64,000 nt of DNA from the NCBI GenBank assembly GCA_051313645.2, contig JBNRSN020000007.1, forward strand, positions 40,176,001-40,240,000, read 5' to 3'. A model generated the notes under the pieces. The model searched no databases. It saw nothing but the letters and a program-made list of their open reading frames with translations, and was not told where the DNA came from. This stretch comes from Centroscyllium fabricii. Its lineage: Eukaryota. Made by a program: the position numbers and the translations under genes. Below, piece by piece: positions 1 to 11,242 of this stretch (position 1 is the stretch's first letter; each line of letters begins with the position of its first letter).

Positions 1-1250
1 CCACTAGGACATCAGTCCTGGCCCTGTCCACGTACAGACTGTCCTTTTTGTACTGGTCCCACCTCCCCCAGAACCGGTTCCAATGTCCCAGGAATTTGAT
101 TCCCTCCCCCTTGCACCATTCCTCTAGCCACGTATTCATTTAAAATATCCTTCCACTTCTACTCTGACTAGTACATGGCACTGGTAGCAATCCTGAGATT
201 ACTACCTTTGAGGTCCTATTTTTTAATTTACCTCCTACCTTCCTATATTCAGCTTTTCGGACCTCATCCCAGTTTTTACCTATGTCATTGGTACCTACAT
301 GTACCACGACAACTGGTGGTTCACCCTCCCTTTCCAAAATGCTCTGCAGCCACTCTGAGACATCCTTAACCCTTGCACCAGGGAGGCAACACACCATCCT
401 GGAGTCTCATTCGTGGCTGCAGAAACGCCTATCTATTCCCCTTCTAATAGAGTCCCCTATCACTATAGCTCTCCCACTCTTTTTCCTCCTGTCCTGTGCA
501 GCAGAACCACCTCTGGTGCCAGGAAGTTGGCTGCTGCTACCTTCCCCTGGTAGGCCATCCACCCCCCCCCCCCCAATCAGTATCCAAAGTGGTATATCTG
601 TTTGAGAGGGGATGGTCACAGGGGGCCCCTGCACTACCTGCCTGCACCTAACACTCTGTTGGTCACCAATTCCCTTCCTGCCTGTGCAACCTTTGCCTGT
701 GGTGTGACCAACTCACTAAACGTGCTATTCACGAATTTCTCATCTCGAATGCTCCAGAATGTATCCATCCGCAGCTCCAGTGCCACAATGCAGTCTGTCA
801 GTAGCTACAGCTGGACACGCTTCCTGCACATATAGTCATCAGGGACACCAGAAGGGTCGCTGATTTCCCACATATTGCAGGAGGAGCACACTACGGCGTG
901 AGGCTGTCCTGCCATGACTTACCCTTAAATTACTTGAAATTAAATTAAATCTAATCAATCCCACCAATTACCTTACAGTTAAATGATATATTTAAGGGCC
1001 CTGGTTTACAGACAAACTATAAACCACCGAGTTTAAGTTTAAAAAGAGAGAAATACTCACCACCCAATCACTTACCTGCTTTCTGGTGACGTCACACTTC
1101 GATTACTTTTTACTTCTCTCTCCTGCTACAGAGATTAGTAATTAGTGTAAGGCTTACCTGGTCTCTGCCGCTTTTAAACTCACCGCTGCCGCCGCTCAGC
1201 TCCCTCCTCTCACAGGTCCGCCGCCCGGTCTGACTTTGGAAGAAAACAAG
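1..1250 (-). mobile_element. CR1-type LINE 5' portion: 5'UTR plus disrupted ORF1 (Cys-rich N-terminus, SGNH/GDSL esterase domain)
   Basis: ATG at about 915 gives MAGQPHAVVCSSCNMWE; then RAIVIGDSI and VVVHVGTNDIG esterase motifs (ORFs 407-634, 140-397); frameshifts and stops; runs off the window edge. Confidence 0.85.
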
Positions 1251-2237
1251 CCTACATTGAACCCAATTCACAACTGCACATTGCAAATGCGGGCGTCATT
1301 GAATTGGCAGGTGGATCCAGACTTGCTGGTCCAGATCAAACTAATGTCCTAACTTATTTTTTTTCTGTTATCCCTCTCCAAACACTGATAACCATGGCCT
1401 CTACAACCCATATGGTCTTGAAAATATTAATAGCACTGCCGCTATTGCGATCTCTGTGGCGAGAAGTTTTCCTTGTTCGACGTTCAATTGATTTCAGCGC
1501 TCTGTTGTGGGAATACCTAGGGCGATGCTGCTGTGAAATCAACAACGTGTCCAAGCAGCCAATCACACTGCAGAATTCTCACAGAGGGGGAATCAGGAAA
1601 TGAGAAGCTGCTTTTATCCAGACTTTTAAAAAATATTAGAGGGCAAAATAAAGATCGGGACTCTCATGGGAATAAGGCAAAAGCTGCAATCAACAAACTT
1701 TTTTATTTAGTTTTTAGAAATTGCAATTATCAAAATGGAGAAATTTGACACTCAACAAATATAAAAGTTAGTTTTTCAGGGCTAGAATGTTTGTTTACCA
1801 GTCAATACACTGTTAAAACCCCAGTTATGCCTATTCACCTATTCATTTAATGGGGTATTTAACAGTGATATTACTGTGGAAAAGCCCAAGTTTTCATCAG
1901 TTTCACTGATTGCCGGCTATCTGGTGGGGGAGGGCTCCACAGCGTAGCCTGTGTTGAAGCAGTGAATGACTGACCACAACTTCAGGATTTTCGAGTTTAA
2001 CATAGAAACATAGAAGATAGGAGCAACCTAACCCACACATCTTTGGAGTTTAGATGCGTATGGGTTACATCCTGAAGTTGCAGTCAGTTTCAAAGGGGTG
2101 ATAACGGCCAACCTGCTTTGGAAAGCCAACTCCTGTCCGTAAGTGAGTAAATAAGCATCAATGGCACCTCTGCAGATGACTTCCAGTTACAGGTTCTTTC
2201 AAATTCTTTCAATTTTATTTCCAAATGTTCTCTGCTC

Positions 2238-2720
2238 TTAAGAAACATAGAAAAATAGGAGCAGGAGTAGGCCATTCGGCCCTTCGAGCCTGCTCCGCCA
2301 TTCAGTATGATCATGGCTGATCTATTATCTCGATACCATATTCCCACTCTCTCCCCATAACCTTTGACACCTTGTATGTCTAGAAATCTATCTATCTCCT
2401 TCTTAAATATATTACGTGACTTGGCCTCCTTCTGTGGTAGAGAATTCCACAGGTTCACCACCCTCTGAGTGAAGAAATTTCTCCTTATCTCAGTGATAAA
2501 TGTCCTACCCCATATCCTGAGTCTGTGACTCCTTGTTCTTGACCCCCCAGCCAGGGGAAACATCCTCCCTGCATTCAGTCTGTCTAAACTCTAGTGAATA
2601 CAGGCCTAGTCGACCCAATCTCTCCTCATAATGACAGTCCTGCTATCCCAGGAATCAGTCTGGTGAACCTTCGCTGCATTCCCTCTATGGCAAATATATA
2701 ATTTCTTAGGTAAGGAGACC
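2238..2720 (-). mobile_element. CR1/HER1-type LINE 3' fragment
   Basis: RRNFFTQRVVNLWNSLP ORF2 C-terminus, 3'UTR and GTTTCTAT-type tail. Confidence 0.9.
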
Positions 2721-3339
2721 ACTCCAGTGTGGGTACAGTTTCACGGGTTTGAGAAGCCTTGTAATAATTCACCTGAGTGCCCATTCCTCGCGTGAGAGCC
2801 CAGGGAGTGAGTCAGCAAGTTACTCGGCAATGGAAAGCATTACAGACAAGCAAGATTCTGCTACCACCTGATAGGCCCACATTTGTTTTTTTTCTCTTGC
2901 TCCTTAACCCATGCTGGATGAAACCAATTCTGCCTCCTGAGCTGAAGACCGTTAACTCAGATCCTGATTCGGATAGCTTCACGCCACACTGGATGGTTAA
3001 TTTACCCAGCAAGCTCTTCGGTTCAATTTTTGCCACTTCACATTTCTGAATTGATGCTTTAATCTTCTCCTGATAAATTCTCCATTCTGTCAGATCAACA
3101 CTCTAGGTTTTTGTGCAATTAATCATCTTCATTTCTCAATACAAATAAAGCTCCAAAAACACAAACAAGACCTCCTAAAATCACCGGATTGACGTTGTAT
3201 CATTATATTGAGAACCTTTGCCTGGATGACTGAATGCTACTTTATAGATGAACTTTGGGTTATCTACAAGAAGAGTGTTGAATCCATCTCAAATATCAGC
3301 TCCATCTGAACTTTATTGTTGGTTTGTGCTGGGTCTAAT

Positions 3340-3802
3340 CATAGAAGATAGGAGCAGGAGTAGGCCATTCGGCCCTTCGAGCCTGCTCCGCCATTCAACG
3401 AGATCATGGCTGATCTTACACGTTCAGTACCCAGTCCCTGCCTTCTCCCCATATCCCTTAATCCCTTTAGCCTGAAGAAATATATCCAGTTCCCTCTTGA
3501 ATATATTCAATGAACCGGCCTCCACCGCCCTCTGTGGCAAGGAATTCCACAGGTTCACCACTCTCTGTGTGAAGAATTTCCTCCTCATCTCAGTCCTAAA
3601 AGGCTTACCCCTTATCCTTAGACTATGCCCCCTGGTTCTCGACTCCCCGGCCATCGGAAACATCCTTTCTGCATCTAACCTGTCCAAGCCTAACAGAATT
3701 TTATAAGTCTCGATGAGATCCCCTCTTAATCTTCTAAACTCCAGCGAGTATAAGCCCAGACTACACAATCTCTCCTCATAAGTCATTCCTGCCATCCCAG
3801 GG
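3340..3802 (-). mobile_element. CR1/HER1-type LINE 3' fragment
   Basis: ORF 3424-3795 LYSLEFRRLRGDLIETYKI...FFTQRVVNLWNSLP plus 3'UTR. Confidence 0.92.
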
Positions 3803-3975
3803 TCTAATCAAACTATTCTTAAAACAGTATGAGATTTTACCATATTCACTAGACCTTATTTTGCTCAAAAGATTGCATTCATGTATGCTAAGAAAATGTG
3901 GAATGTGAAAAGACCATTCCTCCTCCCAAGCCTATTCCCCAGATCCCAGCAGCCAGGGACCATCATGTTCTACAC

Positions 3976-4361
3976 CAGTGGTCCCCAACCGCCGGTCCGC
4001 GGACCGGTGGCGCTCCGTGGGCCAGTTTTACCGGTCCACGGAAGGGAATGTGAATCGGCGCATGCGCAGATCATTTGCCGACGGGCCGCGGAAGGGTCTG
4101 AGAATCGGCACAGACGGAAGACAGCACCCCCCCAGGTAAGTGAAAAATCTCCGCCAGCACCCCCCCAACCCCGGTCTGTCAAAAAATCTCCACCAGCAGC
4201 CCCCACCCCCCCCCCACCCCGGTCAGTCAAAAAATCTCCAGCACCCCACCCCCCCCCGGTCAGTCAAAAAATCTCCGCCAGCACACACACACACCCCCGG
4301 TCCGCGAAAAAACTGACAAGTCCAAAATGGGCCGCGGTCCCAAAAAGGTTGGGGTCCCCTG
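3976..4361. mobile_element. Non-autonomous hAT (Charlie-like) MITE
   Basis: TIRs CAGTGGTCCCCAACC...GGTTGGGGTCCCCTG; perfect 8-bp TSD TTCTACAC (3968-3975, 4362-4369); internal ~37-bp tandem repeats. Confidence 0.9.
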
Positions 4362-5294
4362 TTCTACACAGTATTTGATATCTGCACTTATCCTTGTAAA
4401 CCTTAATCCTGTTCCTAACCGGATACTCATCCAGTTCTATTTCTGAAGGTGTTAATTGACATAGAATTAATTGCTTTATCTGGCAGGCTGTTCCATGTAT
4501 CCATGAATGTGGACAAAATCTGTTGCTTGAAGCTTGTTAATTTCTACTCATCATCTAACTCTGCACTCGCCATCCAATCCGAGGTGAATAATCCGTTTCG
4601 TATAAATTTATCCATTTTCTTATAATTTCTCCGGTGAAAATAAATTTAGTTCGGCAATTCTCTATTCATTATCTGCAGCCTTGAGACATGTAATCGTGCA
4701 TCCTTGAACCTTCTCCAATGACAACATTTAAGATTTTTATGCTAGATAAGCAGAGATAAGCAGAAATATGCCGATACTGTTGGCCAGTCATCCCAATTAG
4801 TGCGAGAGTTGGTACTGTTTAGAGTACAAGACTAGGGAAGAGTGTGTGCTGAAGAAATGGCCTGCAACATCAACCTGGGAAACGCAGCTTGTATGTCCGG
4901 AGAAGTATATATATATTTGCATTAATTTAGGAATCCGGTGAATTTGGTGGTGGGGTGGGGGATGCTATGGGAGGGTAAGCCTGCCACAGTTCTTAAAAAA
5001 ACCAGACCTGTAGCTGTAAGTCTTCAGGGGAAATGGTAGATGCCTGTTCTTGAGATTCACCTTTAGGGATGAGCACTAGGAGAGGTGAAAGGTTTGGTAG
5101 GTTTAAATCCATCAATACTTTTTGTTCAATATTAATGTTTGGAACATCAGCGTTCTGGGGCGTCGGACTGGAAGAAAGGCTGGCATGGTGTCAGTGCCTG
5201 TGCTATTCCCAGCCAAGAAGGCAGGCTAGATACTTGCACTCAGGTCTCAGTGTGTACCATCTACAAGATGCACTGCAGCAACTCGCCAAGGCTT

Positions 5295-5682
5295 AGAAAC
5301 AGAGAATCTAGGAGCAGGAGTAGGCCATTCGGCCCTTCGAGCCTGCTCCGCCATTCAATGAGATCATGGCTGATCATCCAAACCCAGTAACCCGCCCCTG
5401 CCCTCTCCCCATATCGCTCGATCCCCATTGAGCCTCCATCGACACATATCCCACCCTATCCCTGTAACCCCACACATTCAATCCCCCTAACACTAAGGGT
5501 CAATTTATCCTGGCCAATCAACCTAACCCGCACATCTTTGGAGTGTGGGAGGAAACCGGAGCACCCGTAGGAAACCCACGCAGACACGGGGAGAATGTGC
5601 AAACTCCACACAGATAGTACCCGAGGCTGGATTTGAACCCGGGTCACCAGTGCTGTGAGACAACAGTGCTATCCACTGTGCT
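5295..5682 (-). mobile_element. HE1-type V-SINE (tRNA-derived head, V core, CR1 tail)
   Basis: B-box GGTTCAAATCC, core GTGTGGAGTTTGCACATTCTCCCC, CR1-like 3' tail. Confidence 0.9.
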
Positions 5683-6513
5683 ATTCGACAATACCTCCCA
5701 AAACTGGGAATTCTACAACCGAGAAGGACATGGGCAGTAGGCACATGGGAACACCATTACCTCCAAGTTCCCCACCGAGTCACACACCATTTTAACTTGG
5801 AAATGTATTGCTGTTCCTTCATCGTTGCTGGAACTCCCTACCTAACAGCACTGTGGGAGTACCTTCACCAGATGGACTGCAGCGGTTTAAGAAGGCGGCT
5901 CGCACCACCTTTTCAAAGTCAATTAGGGACGGTGTGGTAAACCACTGTTGTTGTATTAGAGTTCACCCTTGCCTGCTGTATGTAACCTAGCTGGGCATGC
6001 CTCTGCTGACTCCGCCTCTGGCTCCTCCCTCAGGCCCAGGTATAAAGGTGACTGTTTCCCAACCCCCCTTGAGTCCAGGACCGGTCGGACCAGTCGACCA
6101 GTGAGGGCATGCTCTCATTCTTTAGTGATGATGTATCGTCAATCAAAACACGAAAGACGAGTAGTTACCCAAACTACAGGCTTTTATTCACTTATAATGG
6201 AGCTAGTCTCCTGTCGAGTTCAAGGCGAGAATGAGCGGGGGCAGGGCGGCCCTCACCTATAAGCTCCCACCTGAGGGGAGGAGTTAGAGGGGTGGCTGAC
6301 CTGGCCTTGCACACAATGTACAGAGTTGGAGGTGAATACATCCATATATATACACACAATGTACAGAGCTGCCGGTGAACACATCCATATATATACACTG
6401 GTAATTACGGTTACCAGATTCACCCCTTCTTTAAAAAAAAAGTCTGGTGGGGTGAACGAGAGAAGAGAGAAACAAAAAAAAGATATATTTTTTAAAGTGT
6501 CCGTTAGACGCAA

Positions 6514-9500
6514 TCAGCACTGCGCTATCAGTCTCTCCAGCAGTCGCGTCTGCCTCGAGGACCGCCGGGGTGCCGGTAACGGTGGTGGTGCCGGTTGCAG
6601 GGCCGGGATCGGGCTCTCTGCCAACGGTGCCGGTGGTGCGGTGTCCGATCCTGGGTCGTTGAGCGGTGCTGTTGAGGGCCCCGGTGTGTGTATATATGGG
6701 GGCCAGTATTCGGTGGGTGGTGGCTGGTTGGGCTGAGGCTCGACCGGGGGTTCTGCCCTAGTGCTCCCGGCGGGCGCCAGGTCCCTGATTGAGACTGTCC
6801 TCGCGCCCATCCGGGAATGTCACGTAGGCATGTTGCGGGTTAGCGTGGAGCAGGTGCACCCGTTCCACCAGGGGGTCGGTCTTGTGGCCGTGGACGTGTT
6901 TCCTAAGCAACACCAGCCCCTGCGCTGTGAGCCACAGCGGGAGTGCTGTCCCCGAAGTCGACTTCCTGGGGAAGGAAAATAACAGGTCGTGAGGTGTTGA
7001 ATTGGTAGTGGTACACAACAGAGAGCGAATGGCATGTAGCGCGTCTGGGAGGACCTCCTGCCAATGGGAAACTGGAAGGCCTCTGGACTTCAGGCCTCTG
7101 CTGACTCTGCCTGTGGCTCCTCCCTCAGGCCCAGGTTGACCGCCTTCCAGATAGTCCCGTTCTCCCTTTCTACCTGGCCGTTCCCCGGGGGGTTGTAACT
7201 GGTCGTTCTGCTTGAGGCAACCCCTTTCTGAAGCAGAAACTGATGCAGTTCGTCGCTCATGAACGACGACCCCTGGTCGCTATGGATGTAGCTAGGGAGA
7301 CCGAAAATGGCGAACAGCGTAGTGAAGTGCTTGATCAACGTTGCGCTCGTCATGTCTGGGCAGGGGAAGGTGAAGGGGAAGCGTGAGAACTCGTCTATGA
7401 CCATGAGGAAATACGAGTTGCGGTCAGTGGAGGGGAGGGGGCCTTTGAAGTCCACGCTCAGACGTTCAAAGGGGCGGGTGGCCTTGATGATGTGCGCTGT
7501 GTCTGGCCTGTAAAATTGGGGTTTGCACTCAGCACAGACAGGGCACTCTTTGGTCATAGCCTTTATCTTCGTGATGGAGTAGGGGAGGCTACGGGATTTG
7601 ACGAAGTGGGCAAGTCTGGTGACACCCGGGTGGCAGAGGCGATCGTGGAGGGCCTTCAGCTGGTCCAGCTGGGCGCTGGCGCATGTTCCCCTGGACAGTG
7701 CGTCCGGGGGTTCATTGAGATTGCCTGAACGGTAAAGAATGTCTTACTCGTAAGTCGAGAGCTCGATCCGCCACTGCAGGATCTTATCATTCTTGATTTT
7801 ACCCCGTTGTTTATTATTAAATGTAAACGCTACCGACCGTTGGTCGGTGAGCAGGGTAAAATGCTTACCGGCCAGGTAATGACGCCAGTAGCGCACTGCC
7901 TCCACAATGGCCTGGGCCTCCTTTTCCACTGCTGAGTGGCGAGTTTCGGGTCCCTGTAGGGTCCGGGAGAAAAACACTATGGGCCTGCGTGCCTGGTTTA
8001 GGGTGGCGGCAAGGGTGAAGTCCGAAGCGTCACTCTCCACCTGGAAAGGGATGGACTCATCAACGGCGTGCATGGTCACCTTGATGATGTCTTCCTTAAT
8101 CCGAGCGAATGCCGTTTGGGCTTCTTCCGAGAGGGGGAAGATGTCAGCCTTGAGGAGAGGTCTGGCCTTATCTGCGTACTGGGGGACCCATTGCGCGTAA
8201 TAAGAAAAGAACCCTAGACATCTCCTCAGGGCTTTGGAGTTGTGAGGTAAGGGCAGCTCTTGTAAGGGGCGCATACGCTGTGGGTCGGGGCCGAGGACCC
8301 CGTTTTCCACCACGTATCCGAGGATAGCGAGCCGATCCGTACTAAAGACACACTTGTCTTTATTGTACATGAGATCCAGCCGTTTCGCCGTGTGCAGGAA
8401 TTTGGCGAGGTTGGCATCGTGGTCCTGCTGGTCGTGGCCACAGATGGTCACGTTGTCCAGGTAGGGGAAGGTGGACTGCAACCCGTTCTGGTCAAACATA
8501 CGGTCCATCTCCCTCTGGAACACCGACACTCCGTTGGTCACGCCGAAGGGGACCCGGAGGAAGAGGTTGAGCCGGCCGTTCGCCTCGAAGGCGGTGTACT
8601 GGCGGTCGGATTTCCGGATGGAGAGTTGGTGATACGCCGACTTAAGGTCGATTGTTGAAAAGACCTTGTACTGGGCGATCTGGTTTACCATATCTGAGAT
8701 GCGGGGGAGGGGGTAGACGTCGAGCCCGGTGTAGCGGTTAATCGTCTGGCTATAGTCAATGACCATGTGCAGTTTCTCGCCCGTCTTAACCACTACGACC
8801 TGGGCCCGCCAAGGGCTGGTGCTGGCCTCAATGATCCCCTCTTGCAGCATACGCCCGACTTCCGACCTGATAAACGCCCGGTCCCCTGCACTGTAACGCC
8901 AACTCTTAGTAGCAATGGGCTTGCATTTGGGGTCGAGGTTGGCGAACAGTGAGTGGGGGTCGACTTTTAAGGTGGACAGGCCGCAAGTCGAGCTCCGCTT
9001 TAAGTAGGGATTGTCCCGGCTACTGACGGTGAGAGGGGCCAGGGTTCCACTGAATTCCATTGTCACGCTCTTCAGGTGGCACTGGAAATCCAGTCCCAGT
9101 AAGACTGGGGTGCACAACTGCTGGAGGATGTACAACTTAAAGTTGCGATAAACGCAGTCCCTGATCATGAGCGTGACGCTGCAGTAGCCGGTGACGTCCG
9201 CTGTGTGGGACTTTGAGGCAAGGGAGATTTGGTATTGCGTGGGCTGGGTCCGCAGTGCATAGCGTCGCACTGTGTCGGGGTATATAAAGCTCTCTGTGCT
9301 ACCGGTGTCGAACAGGCAGTTGGTGACGTGCCCGTCCACCTTAATCCCCATCATGGAATTGGACAGGGTGTGCGGCCTAGCCTGATCGACAGTGGCTGAG
9401 GCCGAGGTGTATGTGTGTGAGTGGGGGCTCTCCGCTAGCTGGGGCCCCGGCCGGGGCAGTTGGCAAGATGGCCGCTCGTAAGATGGCGGCGCTGGCAATG

Positions 9501-10593
9501 CGCTCGAGTCCGGCTGCTGTGGACAAGATGGCGGCACCCGTGGTTCGCACGCGGTGGAGCGCGGTGGACAAGATGGCGGCGCCGAGGGTTCCCACATGGC
9601 CGGCCGCTGTCGATAAGATGGCGGTGCTGGGGGGTCGCATATGACCGGCCGCTGTCGCTTTTGGAGTGGCGGCGCCCCTGCCGCGCGTGCGGCCGGCCTC
9701 CGCCGTACAGTTAAGTGGGACTGAGGCGCCTGCGATTTACCCCCGGCTGACCGCTGCTGGGTCGCGCTGCAACTCTGTACCTTAGGCCATGGAATGGCAT
9801 CGCTGTTTTCGCAGGCCGCGCTGTTGGGTTTGGAGCTGAATGCTGGGCTGGACTTGCACACTCTTACTTAGTGCCCCTTCTTCGCGCACCGCTCGCAGGT
9901 CGCGTTCCTCGCGGGGCACTGCACCCACGGGTGCTTCCCCTGGCCGCAGAAGTAACATCTGTGCCCCGCCGGTGTCTTCGCAGCCGCCGCTGCCATCGTG
10001 GGGGTCTCGGCCTGTCGCGGTGTCGCCCAGGGGTCAGGGGTATCGTGTGGGCCGTGGTCTCCATACGCCTCCAGCTTTCGGAGCGCTCCATCCACCGCAT
10101 TTGATAGGGTTAATGCGGCCTCGAGCGACAGAGTGTCCTGCTCCAGCAGCCGCTGGCGGGCCTGGCTGGACCTGATTCCAGCCACATATGCATCCCGTAT
10201 TAGGAGGTTCGCTTCCTCCTCCGCCGTCCTTGGCTGGCAGTCGCAGGCCCGTGTGAGGGCTTGAAGCGCCAATAAGAATTGTTCATTGGACTCACCGAGT
10301 CGCTGTCGTCTGGTCGGCAGAACATGCCTGGCATAGACCGAGTGGGCCGGGCGCATATCGCAGTCCTTTAGTTTTTTCATCGCTTCCCCGTACGTCTTGA
10401 GGCCGCGGATAAAGAAATACACCCGGCCGCTGATCCATGATGAGAGTACCTGGAGTTTGTCCTCATCACTTGTTGCCTTTACGGCCTTCATGTAGGCCTC
10501 GACCAGGCCGAACCAGTGTTCAAAGTTGTTAGCAGCATCGGGTGCCTGAGGATTGATATCGAGGCGATCCGGTTTCACTGCGTTACTCTCCAT
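6514..10593 (-). pseudogene. gag-pol of element A, with in-frame stops and an insertion
   Basis: CCHC knuckles, CLFDTGST protease, RT YLDN, RNase H VESDAS, integrase VDFKGP...GNGQVER; TAA stops at about 9868 and 7744. Confidence 0.92.
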
Positions 10594-10840
10594 GTTTTAA
10601 ATTTAAAGTGAATAAAATTGACGTATTGTCAATCAAAACACGAAAGACGAGTAGTTACCCAAACTACAGGCTTTTATTCACTTATAATGGAGCTAGTCGC
10701 CTGTCGAGTTCAAGGCGAGAATGAGCGGGGGCAGGGCGGCCCTTACCTATAAGCTCCCACCTGAGGGGAGGAGTTAGAGATGTGGCTGACCTGGCCTTGC
10801 ACACAATGTACAGAATTGGAGGTGAATACATCCATATATA

Positions 10841-11242
10841 TAGAAACATAGAAACTAGGAGCAGGAGTAGGCCATTCGGCCCTTCGAGCCCGCCCTGCCA
10901 TTCAATGAGATCATGGCTGATTATCCAAACCCAGTACCCCGCCCCTGCCCTCTCCCCATATCGCTCGATCCCTATCGAGCCTGCACCGACACATATCCCA
11001 CCCTATCCCCGTAACCCCACATATTCAATCCCCCTAACACTAAGGGTCAATCTATCATGGCCAATCAACCTAACCCGCACATCTTTGGACTGTGGGAGGA
11101 AACCGGAGCACCCGGAGGAAACCCACGCAGACACGGGGAGAATGTGCAAACTCCACACAGATAGTCACCCGAGGCTGGATTTGAACCCGGGTCTCTAGTG
11201 CTGTGAGGCAACAGTGCTATCCACTGTGCCACCGTGCCGCCC
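10841..11242 (-). mobile_element. HE1-type V-SINE inserted in the 5' LTR of element A
   Basis: Full head, core and tail; absent from the 3' LTR. Confidence 0.92.

Noticed and set aside
1270-2200. Possible old MITE-like element
   Set aside because: Composition is suggestive, but no TIR pair or TSD could be found
3881-4378. 165-aa proline-rich ORF
   Set aside because: Derived from C-rich tandem repeats inside the hAT MITE
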